This document shows positions 1 through 8,893 of a stretch of DNA of 64,000 nucleotides, piece by piece. This DNA is from a virus, in the IMG/VR virus record IMGVR_UViG_3300036828_000771, positions 1 through 64,000 of that record. One strand, given 5' to 3'. Numbering within the stretch: the first letter of the stretch is position 1; each line of letters opens with the position of its first letter. The translations under genes were made by a program, and so were the position numbers. Below the pieces are notes generated by a model that searched no databases, was not told the origin of the DNA, and saw only the letters and a program-made list of their open reading frames with translations.

Positions 1-178
1 GGCCGCGCGCGATCCCGCCAGCGTCCCGGTGGGCACGCTGCGGGCTGTTCAAACCCGCACGCCCACGGGTCATCTTGAGACCCGCTTCATTGGCAGCCCG
101 AGCGTCTGGCTGAACCGTGGCACCCCCAACCGGCGCTACGTCAAAGCCATCAACCTGATGAAGGATAACCGGCCATGA
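1..178 (+). CDS. 3' end of probable prohead protease/scaffold gene (partial)
   Basis: Open frame AARDPASVPVGTLRAVQTRTPTGHLETRFIG...NRP*; stop overlaps ATG of next gene (ATGA); lies upstream of decoration and capsid genes. Confidence 0.55.
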   Translation, partial: AARDPASVPVGTLRAVQTRTPTGHLETRFIGSPSVWLNRGTPNRRYVKAINLMKDNRP

Positions 179-816
179 CGATCAGCATCTCTCCCCAGAT
201 CACCAAGACGGCGGCGGGTACGTTCGGCGTCCAGTGGGATGGCCTTGTGCAGGGCACTTCGTGGCCCTCGCCCACTGCGATCTTCCATCTGGCCGGCGGC
301 TTCGTTGCTGGCACGGAGACCGATCCCATGTTCGCTGGGCTGGCGATCACCGAACTGGTGCCGACCCAGCCGGGCTCGCCGCCGATCACGCCAGCCGTCG
401 AACTCGGTGGCGCGATCAAGCGGGCGACGACTGTGCCAGCGCCCCCGGCGGTCGTGCAGACCGACATCACGGGCTTCGTGGTGTCCGATCAGAATCCTTC
501 GGCGATCAACTCGCCGCAGTCGCCGGTGCCGTTGTCCGACATCTACATGCAGGTCAACTTCTACCGGCTGGGCTCAGGTGCACGCATCGTCGTGGCGATG
601 GACCCTGCGCTGGTCAGCCTGTACGGCCAGAATATCCGTGGGCCGGTCGGCTGGGACTTCGCGAATCAGCGCATCACGGTGCCGGGAACCGCCCCGTTGC
701 CGGGCGTCCAAGTCCTCCGGGCGCAGCCCTCGGGGAACATGACCATCACCTACAACTCGACCACCAAGCAGGCCCAGTGGAACTACAACGGTTCCGCTGC
801 GGTCATCCTGCTCTGA
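175..816 (+). CDS. Probable head decoration/cement protein
   Basis: 213 aa, beta-rich, directly before the major capsid gene. Confidence 0.6.
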   Translation: MTISISPQITKTAAGTFGVQWDGLVQGTSWPSPTAIFHLAGGFVAGTETDPMFAGLAITELVPTQPGSPPITPAVELGGAIKRATTVPAPPAVVQTDITGFVVSDQNPSAINSPQSPVPLSDIYMQVNFYRLGSGARIVVAMDPALVSLYGQNIRGPVGWDFANQRITVPGTAPLPGVQVLRAQPSGNMTITYNSTTKQAQWNYNGSAAVILL

Positions 817-834
817 GAAGGGAGAACCTGAGCC

Positions 835-1857
835 ATGGCACTGAACGCGCCAGCCTTTGTGACGGTCAACCCGTCACTCATCGAACCCGGTCTCATCCTC
901 CCGTATGCGCAGGCGTCCGGTGCCTTCGACCTTCTCGAAGGCGGCGAGCCTCGCATCAAACTCGGGGAGGGCGACCTCTACGTCTACATGAAGCGTGTAG
1001 ACCTGCGCACCTCGATGGCGGCAGGCCCGGCGAGCTACAACATGCTGCCGGGCGTGTCGATCAGCTTCTCGCAGGTGCAGACGCCGACCTACCTGTTGCA
1101 GGTCGCCGCCAACTACAATCACCACGATGAGGCAGCGGCCTCGAACTGGGGCGTGTCGCTCAGCGAGGCCTATCGCCTCGGCATGCGGCAAGGCCACTTC
1201 CAGCTTACCCGCAACGCGATGCTCTACGGCATGCAGCCGCAGAACGGCGAGGGGCTGGTCAACGCGGCGGGCGCGACCGCCATCAACCTGCCGGCGGATT
1301 CAGGCGGCAACACCACGGTCGTCCTCTACGACAATGGCGAGATGGCGCAGTTCCTGCTCCAGCAGCTTGGCGCGGTGAAGACCCGCACCAACCAGTTGGG
1401 CATCGGGCGCAACTTCACGCTCATCGGACCGCAGCGCGTGATGGAGCAGTTCGAGTACCCCGGCATTGTGCAGTTGACGCAGTACCAGCGAATCGGTGCT
1501 GGCTCGGCGACGACGGCGCAGATGGTCAAGGAAGTGATGATGAGCAACGGCGACACCATCATCTGGGGTTATGACGACACGCTGATCGGCAAGGGCGCAG
1601 GCGGCAACGACCTCGTCATCATCGGCATGCCGGAAGTCGAGAAGCCCAATGAGCCCGGCATCAACACCAACGAGTTCGCCAAGCTGTCGCCGGGCAACAA
1701 TGCGTGCATCACGATGTACGGCGATCAGGCGGCCCCGAAGGAGCTTACCTCGCCGATGGCGCGCGGCATGACCGACGTGCTGTCGGAGATGCGCATCACC
1801 TCGGGCTGGGCGATCCGACCGGAGTCGCTGACTCTGATCTCGATGCAGTACCAGTAA
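835..1857 (+). CDS. Major capsid protein
   Basis: 340 aa; RBS AAGGGAG; motifs RQGH..RNAMLYG and DDTLIGKGAGG recalled from capsids of SEN34-like proteobacterial myoviruses; synteny. Confidence 0.85.
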   Translation: MALNAPAFVTVNPSLIEPGLILPYAQASGAFDLLEGGEPRIKLGEGDLYVYMKRVDLRTSMAAGPASYNMLPGVSISFSQVQTPTYLLQVAANYNHHDEAAASNWGVSLSEAYRLGMRQGHFQLTRNAMLYGMQPQNGEGLVNAAGATAINLPADSGGNTTVVLYDNGEMAQFLLQQLGAVKTRTNQLGIGRNFTLIGPQRVMEQFEYPGIVQLTQYQRIGAGSATTAQMVKEVMMSNGDTIIWGYDDTLIGKGAGGNDLVIIGMPEVEKPNEPGINTNEFAKLSPGNNACITMYGDQAAPKELTSPMARGMTDVLSEMRITSGWAIRPESLTLISMQYQ

Positions 1858-1920
1858 CGCCTCGCGGTGTCCCCGGCAGGGGGAGAGCCGGGCGCATCGC
1901 TTAACCAAAAGGAGGGCTTC

Positions 1921-2415
1921 ATGAAGCTCTACATCGCCAACTGCACTGACCAGATGCAGGTCGTGAACGTGCGCCCACCCAAGAGCAAGAAGGTCTTCAC
2001 GCAGACCATCGACATCGGCCGGCAGGTGATCTTTGCGGCGCAGGAACTCGATGGTGAGGCCATAACGCTCGTCACCGAGTTCCTCGCGATCTACGGTGCT
2101 CGCTCATACGCCGACTTCGAGCACGCGCGCGAGCAGGGCTTGACGATCCCGCTGCTGTGGAGCACCGACCAGCCGGTCCCCCACGAGACCCACATGCGAG
2201 TCGTGAAGTGGAATCGTGGCGTGCTGTTCGGGCGCGGCAAGAAGCTGCGCGAGGAGGCGGCGATTGCGACCTCGGTCGGCATGCGCAACATGGCTCCCAA
2301 CGCGGCTGACACGCTGTGGATGAGCGTGCAGGAGGAGAAGCCGGGCACGATGCCTGACAGCGACACCCTGAACGAGGGCGTGCGCATGGATGTGACCGCG
2401 CCGCCGTTTGCGTGA
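1921..2415 (+). CDS. Virion-associated hypothetical protein
   Basis: MKLYIANCT start after GGAGGG RBS; follows capsid gene. Confidence 0.6.
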   Translation: MKLYIANCTDQMQVVNVRPPKSKKVFTQTIDIGRQVIFAAQELDGEAITLVTEFLAIYGARSYADFEHAREQGLTIPLLWSTDQPVPHETHMRVVKWNRGVLFGRGKKLREEAAIATSVGMRNMAPNAADTLWMSVQEEKPGTMPDSDTLNEGVRMDVTAPPFA

Positions 2416-2421
2416 TGCGCC

Positions 2422-2910
2422 ATGGACCCGACGCTTGCGGGCTTCATCCAGTTCGTGCGCCAGATCATGGGCATCCCGGCGACGATCCTGCCGGACACCA
2501 GCACGTATCTGGCGGAAGCGTTCTGGGCGTCGATGACCATCGTCAACCAGTATCTGGAGATCGTCGGCACGGCTGAGCCACCAGTGCAGCAGTTCCCGAC
2601 CTACTACGGCTACGCGGTCTACAATCTCGCGGGTGACTTCCTCGTGCGCTACACGCTGGACGACACCACGCTGACGCCGCCGAACGACACCTACTTCCAG
2701 ACGCTGCGCAAGCAGATGAACCTCAACGCCTTCGTGCCGGGGATCATCCAGTCGTCGAGCGATGGCGGCACCAGCCAGTCGTTCGCGATCCCCGACTTCA
2801 TCAAGAGCATGACGATGGGCGATCTCCAGTTGATGCAAACGCCGTGGGGACGCAACTATCTCAATCTGGCCCAAGCCTATGGTCCAACCATCTGGGGGCT
2901 GACACCATGA
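2422..2910 (+). CDS. Head-tail connector/adaptor (DUF4054-like)
   Basis: AVYNLAGD, SSSDGGTSQS and QTPWGRNYL motifs; position. Confidence 0.65.
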   Translation: MDPTLAGFIQFVRQIMGIPATILPDTSTYLAEAFWASMTIVNQYLEIVGTAEPPVQQFPTYYGYAVYNLAGDFLVRYTLDDTTLTPPNDTYFQTLRKQMNLNAFVPGIIQSSSDGGTSQSFAIPDFIKSMTMGDLQLMQTPWGRNYLNLAQAYGPTIWGLTP

Positions 2911-3146
2911 AGTATCATCTGATCGTTGCCGTGCTGATCGCACTGGCGACAGTGGACGCCAGCGCACAGCAGCAACCCGTGCCGACCCTGAAGCCGGGCC
3001 GCGCGACGGCCGATTATCAGCGGCTGGCCACCCAACCCAGCCGTCCGATCCGGGGCTGGCAGGTCTTCAAGGGCGCGAAGGAGTGCACGCAGACCGCCGG
3101 CAAGCTGACCTGCGACAACGGCTATTCGACACAGGTGCGACCATGA
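2907..3146 (+). CDS. Small exported protein (signal peptide, 2 Cys)
   Basis: MKYHLIVAVLIALATVDASA-QQQ; ATGA coupling at both ends. Confidence 0.6.
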   Translation: MKYHLIVAVLIALATVDASAQQQPVPTLKPGRATADYQRLATQPSRPIRGWQVFKGAKECTQTAGKLTCDNGYSTQVRP

Positions 3147-3619
3147 CCGTGCTGCACCTCGGCGTCGTCGACCAGCCGTACCGCCATGTCGGGCATCGCA
3201 AGGCGAGCAAGCGCGGCAAGCGCATCGTGAAGGCGGCGAAGATCAGCAGCCGGTCGACATACGAAGTGGCGTGCATCTTGGAAGCGAAGTACGGGATCAT
3301 GCACCACTTCTTCAAGGCGCATGAGAACGAGATCATCGAGGCGATGATCAACGCCTACGAGGGCGCGCGCGAGCAGGTGCAGTTGACCGGCCGGTTCATC
3401 GATCCGTCAGCGGACGGCATCAATGACATCCAAATCATGTTCAACCGCTTCATCGACGAGAAGGAGATGGACCGCATGGGCGTCGCGGGCGTGCCAACGG
3501 CGGCGGCGCTGCACGGCGTGAGCCACCGCTTTTTCCATCCCTACGCCAAGCGCGGACCTCGGGCGAGCTTCTATGACACCGGGCTCTACGAGGACTCGTT
3601 CCGGGCATGGGTGGACTGA
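3143..3619 (+). CDS. Neck/virion morphogenesis protein
   Basis: MTVLHLGVVDQPY...RASFYDTGLYEDSFRAWVD; ATGA overlap. Confidence 0.6.
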   Translation: MTVLHLGVVDQPYRHVGHRKASKRGKRIVKAAKISSRSTYEVACILEAKYGIMHHFFKAHENEIIEAMINAYEGAREQVQLTGRFIDPSADGINDIQIMFNRFIDEKEMDRMGVAGVPTAAALHGVSHRFFHPYAKRGPRASFYDTGLYEDSFRAWVD

Positions 3620-3948
3620 TGGCCGACCTCTCGCTCAGCACCTACCAGCACGCCCACGCCGAGAAGTCGCAGCACGGTATGGTGCCGGGCATCGGCTTCG
3701 TGCGCATGGGGCCACTGCCCATGCCGCCGATTCCGCTCGGAGCGGAAGACGCTTGCGCGCCGCCGTATGGCACGGAGACGGGCACGCTGCACACGCTGCT
3801 CGAACCGGGCGGCGACGAGCACCCGAACATGCGCTGGCACAGCGAGACCCACGAATGGGCACCGATAGTGCCGTTCGCCGGACACCGGCTGGGCTACACC
3901 GCAACCTACCTCGCCGCCCACGGGTGGAAGTATGGCCACAGTCAATGA
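3619..3948 (+). CDS. Hypothetical protein
   Basis: TGATG coupling; genome-typical codon use. Confidence 0.5.
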   Translation: MADLSLSTYQHAHAEKSQHGMVPGIGFVRMGPLPMPPIPLGAEDACAPPYGTETGTLHTLLEPGGDEHPNMRWHSETHEWAPIVPFAGHRLGYTATYLAAHGWKYGHSQ

Positions 3949-4945
3949 AGCCGAGGCGGCACGAACTGCGCTAGGCGCGGCGCTCAAGGCTGGTCTCGAC
4001 ACCCTCGATCTCAACCAGACGATCACGTTCACGCTTTACCAGCGGGTCGTGCTGCCGCTCGACGGCTACGTGTTCTGGGTGAAGTCGACGATCTCGAACA
4101 TCGCGACGACGACGCCGCCGTCGATGGATGTGATGGGCGCGGTGCACTACATCTCCGACCTGCGGCAGGACGAGGACAACAGCGTTTCCAACAATCGGGT
4201 GGTCTTCACGGCCGAGGACCCGGTGCAGAACTTCAATCTCACTGCGCCGAACGAACTCTATATCGGCGACTTCGACGGCGTCCGCTTCTCCTTCTCATCG
4301 CGCGGCGCGTACTTCCAGCAGTCGAACCTGCACCACTACATCGGCATGGGTTACTCGTCGTGGATGATGACGCAGATTATCGACGACATCAGCGACTTGC
4401 CGCCGACCACCGATCTGCTCGTGAGCAACAGCCTGTCGATCTGGCTGTCGCTGAGCGGCTACAATCCGGCGTGGCACGTCGACATTCCGATGCCGCCGAT
4501 CCCGCTGTTCCCGTCGTTCTTGAGTCCGCTGAACATCCTGCCGCCCTACGGCACCATCCACATCGACCCCGAACAGACGACGGCCTATCAGGCGGTGCCG
4601 TTGCGGTCCTCGGTGCTCGACCACTCGCAGCTTACGCACGACCGGGTGATCGTGACGCTGTACGGCTGCGACAACAGGACGGCGCTCGATTTCCTCGATG
4701 CGACGCTCCAGTACATGCTCGACACCGATCACATGGGCCTCGTCGGCGTGCCGCCTATCGTGCGCGACGACAAGAAGACGACGACCGAGGCGCTGATCCT
4801 CGCGCAGAAGAAGCGGATCATCTTCGAGGTCAGCTACTACCAAGGCACCGCGCGCAACATCGCCCGCCAGTTGATCGAGAAGGCGCTCGTCGGCCTGTGG
4901 GTGCAGGACAGCTTCATCGGCAGCGTCCCGATCCAGATTCGCTGA
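3932..4945 (+). CDS. Head-closure/tail-completion protein
   Basis: 337 aa, VVLPLDGYVFWV motif, between neck and sheath genes. Confidence 0.55.
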   Translation: MATVNEAEAARTALGAALKAGLDTLDLNQTITFTLYQRVVLPLDGYVFWVKSTISNIATTTPPSMDVMGAVHYISDLRQDEDNSVSNNRVVFTAEDPVQNFNLTAPNELYIGDFDGVRFSFSSRGAYFQQSNLHHYIGMGYSSWMMTQIIDDISDLPPTTDLLVSNSLSIWLSLSGYNPAWHVDIPMPPIPLFPSFLSPLNILPPYGTIHIDPEQTTAYQAVPLRSSVLDHSQLTHDRVIVTLYGCDNRTALDFLDATLQYMLDTDHMGLVGVPPIVRDDKKTTTEALILAQKKRIIFEVSYYQGTARNIARQLIEKALVGLWVQDSFIGSVPIQIR

Positions 4946-4973
4946 CTACCCCGTCAACCAACAGGAGACAGTT

Positions 4974-5255
4974 ATGCCCCAGAACCGTCCGTTTCTTCAG
5001 GGACGCATCCGGCGCGGCCTCAACGCGCCAGCCGTGCTCAAGGCGAAGCCGGGCACTGTCATCAGCGTGCTTTGCCTCACGCCGGGGACGCTCGACCTGA
5101 TCAACGATGTCACGACCGGCGGAGCCGGGGCTGCGATCAGCGGCTTCCCGGCCACGATGGTCGCCGGGCAGGTGCTGCCGCTCAACTCCTCGGCCTCTGT
5201 CGGCATCACCGCAAAGGCACCAGTGACGGGGTCTTACAACGTCGTGTTCAGCTAA
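4974..5255 (+). CDS. Small virion structural protein
   Basis: RBS AGGAG; beta-rich 93 aa just before the sheath gene. Confidence 0.5.
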   Translation: MPQNRPFLQGRIRRGLNAPAVLKAKPGTVISVLCLTPGTLDLINDVTTGGAGAAISGFPATMVAGQVLPLNSSASVGITAKAPVTGSYNVVFS

Positions 5256-5286
5256 CCGGCGCAACGGCTAATCAGGAGACCGCCCC

Positions 5287-6942
5287 ATGGCGAATCCCAT
5301 TGTCACCGTCCAAGTCACCCAGACTGTCGCGCCGACTCCGAGCAAGCTCCAGAAAACCGGCGCAATGATCTCCTCGGGTGCCACCACGCTGGCCGTAGGG
5401 GCAACAGCCCTGCTCCAGCAACCCGCCGACCTCGCCCAGTACCTGCTGGGAGCGCTGGCGCTGACCACGCTTGCGTGGACCTCGGCCTATGGCGGCATGG
5501 TGACGGCGACGACTGCCGTCCCGCACAACATCCCGACCGGCCAGAGTTTCCCCGTGACCATCGCGGGCATGTCGCCCAGTGGCTACAACGGCAGCTTCAA
5601 CGCGACCTCGACCGGGCCATCGGCCTTCACCTACTACCTGCCGATCAATCCGGGTGTGCAGACCGTGGCGGGCACCTTCACCGGCGCTGCGGAGGGCGAG
5701 CTTCAGGCGATGGTGAACACGTTCTTCGCGCAAGGCTTCCAGCAGGGCGTCTACATCATCGAACTGGGCTCAGGCGGTGTGGCGGCGCAGGTCGCGAACT
5801 TGCAGCAGTTCATCAACAACAGCGCCCAGTTCTTCTACAGCTACCTCGTGCCGCGCGCGTGGGACGCCGACCCTTCGTTCCTCGCGCTGATCGCGCAGTA
5901 TGAGAACACCACGGGCAAGACCTACTTCTTCGTCACCACGACGCTCGACAACTACTCGCTCTACACGGCGGTGATGAAGGACGTGGTCGCGATGACCGAG
6001 GCTCCGCAGTACGGCGCGTGGCCGCAGGAGAATCTGGCATCGGCGACGTATTTGGCGGGCACGGTGACGGCGGCGACGGTGGCCAACCACAACGTCAAGC
6101 CCGGCGACTGGTTCACGATCCAAGGCACCGTGCCGGCCGGCTACGACGGCATCCATCAGGCGGGGCCGGGCACCACGGGCACGGCGCTGATCTGGGAATC
6201 GGAAGTCGATCCGGGTGGTCCTGCCACGACGCCGGGCTTCCTCGCGCAGAGCATCTACACCTCGCCCGGCGTCCCGGCGACTGAGTTCTCGGCGGCGTCC
6301 GATTGGTGGGTGTCGCTGAACTACACGCCGTCCTCGACGAACAAGGTCACGCCCTTCAGCTATTCGTTCCTGTACGGCGTGACCCAATTCCCGCCACAGG
6401 GCAATGGCCCGCTGATGGCGACGCTGAAGACGGCGAACGTCAACCTCGTCGGCTTCGGCGCAGAGGGCGGGATCAGCGACACCATCCTGATCTATGGCCA
6501 CACGATGGACGGTCGACCGTTCAATTACTGGTACTCGGTCGACTGGATGCAGATCAACATCGACCTCGACATCTCGGCCGCGATCATCAATGGGTCGAAC
6601 GATCCGATCAATCCGCTCTACTACAATCAGGACGGCATCAACCGTCTCTCAGCGGTAGCGGCGAACACTGGATCGAACGCCATCGCCTATGGCATGGCGC
6701 TGGGCACGGTCAAGCAGGTGGCGCTCGACCCGCAGACCTTCGTCAACAACATCAATGCCGGCCTCTACGCTGGCATGCTGGTCGTGAACGCAGTGCCGTT
6801 CCCGACCTACACGGCAGCCAATCCCTCGCACTACAAGATCGGCGAGTACGACGGCTTGAGCATGGTCTACACGCCGCTCCGTGGCTTCGAGCATATTATA
6901 TTCAACATACACGTGACAGATTTTGCAGCGGCACCCGTATGA
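5287..6942 (+). CDS. Tail sheath protein with two inserted beta domains
   Basis: 551 aa; FNYWYSVDW and NPLYYNQDGINRL sheath C-terminal motifs (DUF3383-like); followed by tube gene. Confidence 0.8.
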   Translation: MANPIVTVQVTQTVAPTPSKLQKTGAMISSGATTLAVGATALLQQPADLAQYLLGALALTTLAWTSAYGGMVTATTAVPHNIPTGQSFPVTIAGMSPSGYNGSFNATSTGPSAFTYYLPINPGVQTVAGTFTGAAEGELQAMVNTFFAQGFQQGVYIIELGSGGVAAQVANLQQFINNSAQFFYSYLVPRAWDADPSFLALIAQYENTTGKTYFFVTTTLDNYSLYTAVMKDVVAMTEAPQYGAWPQENLASATYLAGTVTAATVANHNVKPGDWFTIQGTVPAGYDGIHQAGPGTTGTALIWESEVDPGGPATTPGFLAQSIYTSPGVPATEFSAASDWWVSLNYTPSSTNKVTPFSYSFLYGVTQFPPQGNGPLMATLKTANVNLVGFGAEGGISDTILIYGHTMDGRPFNYWYSVDWMQINIDLDISAAIINGSNDPINPLYYNQDGINRLSAVAANTGSNAIAYGMALGTVKQVALDPQTFVNNINAGLYAGMLVVNAVPFPTYTAANPSHYKIGEYDGLSMVYTPLRGFEHIIFNIHVTDFAAAPV

Positions 6943-7538
6943 GTCTGATGTTGGTGAATCCACACTTTGCGCAGCGCGCGATTCAGCGACGGTATGGCGC
7001 TGCGCATCGAGAGACTTGCCGGTCGGCGTGTGCTCGATGGCGTGCGAGGAATCCCGGCTATCAGGTCGAATGGAACCGGGCGAACTCCGAGCGCCATCGT
7101 GCCATCGTGAAGAAGACCAACGCGAAGTCCGAGACCAAGCAAAGGCGGCGGCGCTGGCTTGAGGACAACCCAGACAAGGTGGTGGCCCAGCGCGAACGCC
7201 ACCTCGTCCTGCATCCACGGTCGGCTGCTGATCGGATGATGCGATACAGAGAGAAGCACCCCGAAACGTCACGCAACGACAGCGCTCGCCGACGTTCGCG
7301 GAAGAAGGGGCTGAAACTGTCCGAGGGCCTGATCGAGTTGCTGTTATCTGAACAAGGGAGTCAGTGCCCGTACTGCCCAGCAGATATCAGCAAGCGTTAC
7401 GCCATCGACCACTACATGCCTCTGTCCCGAGGCGGCCTGCACGTCGACGAGAACATTCAACTGACCTGTCGGCCGTGCAACGCCCGCAAGGCCTCGAAGC
7501 ATCCGGCCGAGTTCCTGATGGAGATGACCCATGGCTGA
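6939..7538 (+). CDS. Freestanding HNH homing endonuclease
   Basis: CPYC...IDHYMPLSRGGLH..ENIQLTCRPCNARK; basic repeated N-terminus; overlaps both neighbours. Confidence 0.85.
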   Translation: MSLMLVNPHFAQRAIQRRYGAAHRETCRSACARWRARNPGYQVEWNRANSERHRAIVKKTNAKSETKQRRRRWLEDNPDKVVAQRERHLVLHPRSAADRMMRYREKHPETSRNDSARRRSRKKGLKLSEGLIELLLSEQGSQCPYCPADISKRYAIDHYMPLSRGGLHVDENIQLTCRPCNARKASKHPAEFLMEMTHG

Positions 7539-7986
7539 CCCTCTTGTTGCTCTTGGTTCACTGAATCGCCTGCGCGCTTCGGTGGTGTGGAACAGCTTCC
7601 CCAGCCTGAACATCACCCAGTCCTATCTGGGCGTGGACGGGCTCAGGCTGGCGCTCGACGGCGGATCGGTGGCGTTTCTCCCGGCCATGACCGGGGCGGT
7701 CCTGTCACCGGAGCCGTACCAGATGATCACCCTGTCGGCGACGCTGCTGAAGACCCAGCAGCTTGCCGAACTCTACAAGACGCAGATGGAACTCGACGCC
7801 CGCATCGGCGACGGTACGGTCTACCCGGACGTGGCGATCAACCAAGGCGGCATCGGGGTCTACCAGATCAAGAACTGCGCCATCGAATCGGTGGCGGAGT
7901 TGAGCTTCGCCGGGACCGACGCTTCGTTCCGCGTCACCCTGCGCGGCTACTATCTCGTCAACAGTTCGCTGTGGGGCGGGCCATGA
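7531..7986 (+). CDS. Tail tube protein
   Basis: 151 aa after sheath; GSLNRLRASV and SPEPYQ motifs. Confidence 0.7.
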   Translation: MADPLVALGSLNRLRASVVWNSFPSLNITQSYLGVDGLRLALDGGSVAFLPAMTGAVLSPEPYQMITLSATLLKTQQLAELYKTQMELDARIGDGTVYPDVAINQGGIGVYQIKNCAIESVAELSFAGTDASFRVTLRGYYLVNSSLWGGP

Positions 7987-8168
7987 GCAGCATTCTCATA
8001 TTCGTCGTCGTCGTCATCGTCGTGATGGCGCTGGTGATGTGGCTGATCTACTACCTGCCGCTGCCGCCGGGCTCGCCGGCATGGGTCAAGAATTTCCTCT
8101 ACGTGATGGCGCTGCTGGCCGCCATCGTCGTCATCCTCGTGAAATCGGGCTTGGCGGCCAGTATCTAA
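7983..8168 (+). CDS. Small two-TM membrane protein (possible holin-like)
   Basis: Two hydrophobic helices separated by YLPLPPG; ATGA overlap. Confidence 0.55.
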   Translation: MSSILIFVVVVIVVMALVMWLIYYLPLPPGSPAWVKNFLYVMALLAAIVVILVKSGLAASI

Positions 8169-8186
8169 TTGGCGTCTAATTAGGGC

Positions 8187-8765
8187 ATGAAGATCGACCG
8201 TCGCCTGAACCTTGTCCTGACTGTCACCACTGACGACGACAAAACCATCTACGTCCACCACACGCCGATTCGCCGGGAGATATTCGAGGCGCACTTTCTC
8301 ATCCTGACGAAGCTGATGGCGGGGATGTACGAGCAGAACCTGCCGCCGCCGATGGCGCAACGCATTGCCATGCTCATGCTGCGCAAGGTGGCGAAGGACA
8401 TGGGCGTCGAACAGTCGGTCGAGACCTCGCTGCTGCCGGAAATCTGGCGCGTGACAAACTGCTTGGTGCAGGGCTTGGGCCAGATCGACACGGGGTGGAC
8501 CACGCTGCCGTTCGAGAAGATCACGGCCGAGAAGATGATCAGCGAGGACGACGCGGCGGAGGTGCGCAACCACATCGTTTTTTTTACGGCAGCCTCGTGG
8601 GTCCACAAGCGCGACGAGTTGACGGACCTGATCTACCCCATGCTCGCGACATCTGGCTCGCAGACCACGTCATTGACCTCTACGGAATGGATTGCGTCCT
8701 TGCCGACATCGACGCCGGTCGAGAATACTGGCGCGAAGGCGACAGTGTCGTCCATTCCATCCTAG
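8187..8765 (+). CDS. Tail assembly chaperone (G)
   Basis: Between tube and tape measure genes; contains a T8 slippery run. Confidence 0.7.
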   Translation: MKIDRRLNLVLTVTTDDDKTIYVHHTPIRREIFEAHFLILTKLMAGMYEQNLPPPMAQRIAMLMLRKVAKDMGVEQSVETSLLPEIWRVTNCLVQGLGQIDTGWTTLPFEKITAEKMISEDDAAEVRNHIVFFTAASWVHKRDELTDLIYPMLATSGSQTTSLTSTEWIASLPTSTPVENTGAKATVSSIPS

Positions 8766-8890
8766 ATTGGGTCGTCACCGAGGGCTACGTGCCCTACTTC
8801 AAGCGGCTGCCCGACTGGAACTTCTTGTCTGCCGCCGATTACCGGAATCGCTACCTGATCGCGCTGGGCAAGTCCCTGAGCGGGAGATGA
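8578..8890 (+). CDS. -1 frameshift extension of tail chaperone (G-T)
   Basis: T TTT TTT at 8578-8585; -1 frame open to TGA at 8890, 3 nt before the tape measure ATG. Confidence 0.6.
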
Positions 8891-8893
8891 TCC

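Noticed and set aside
6939-7538. Group I intron or intein around the HNH
   Set aside because: Sheath and tube ORFs are complete and overlap the HNH directly, leaving no room for intron core sequence
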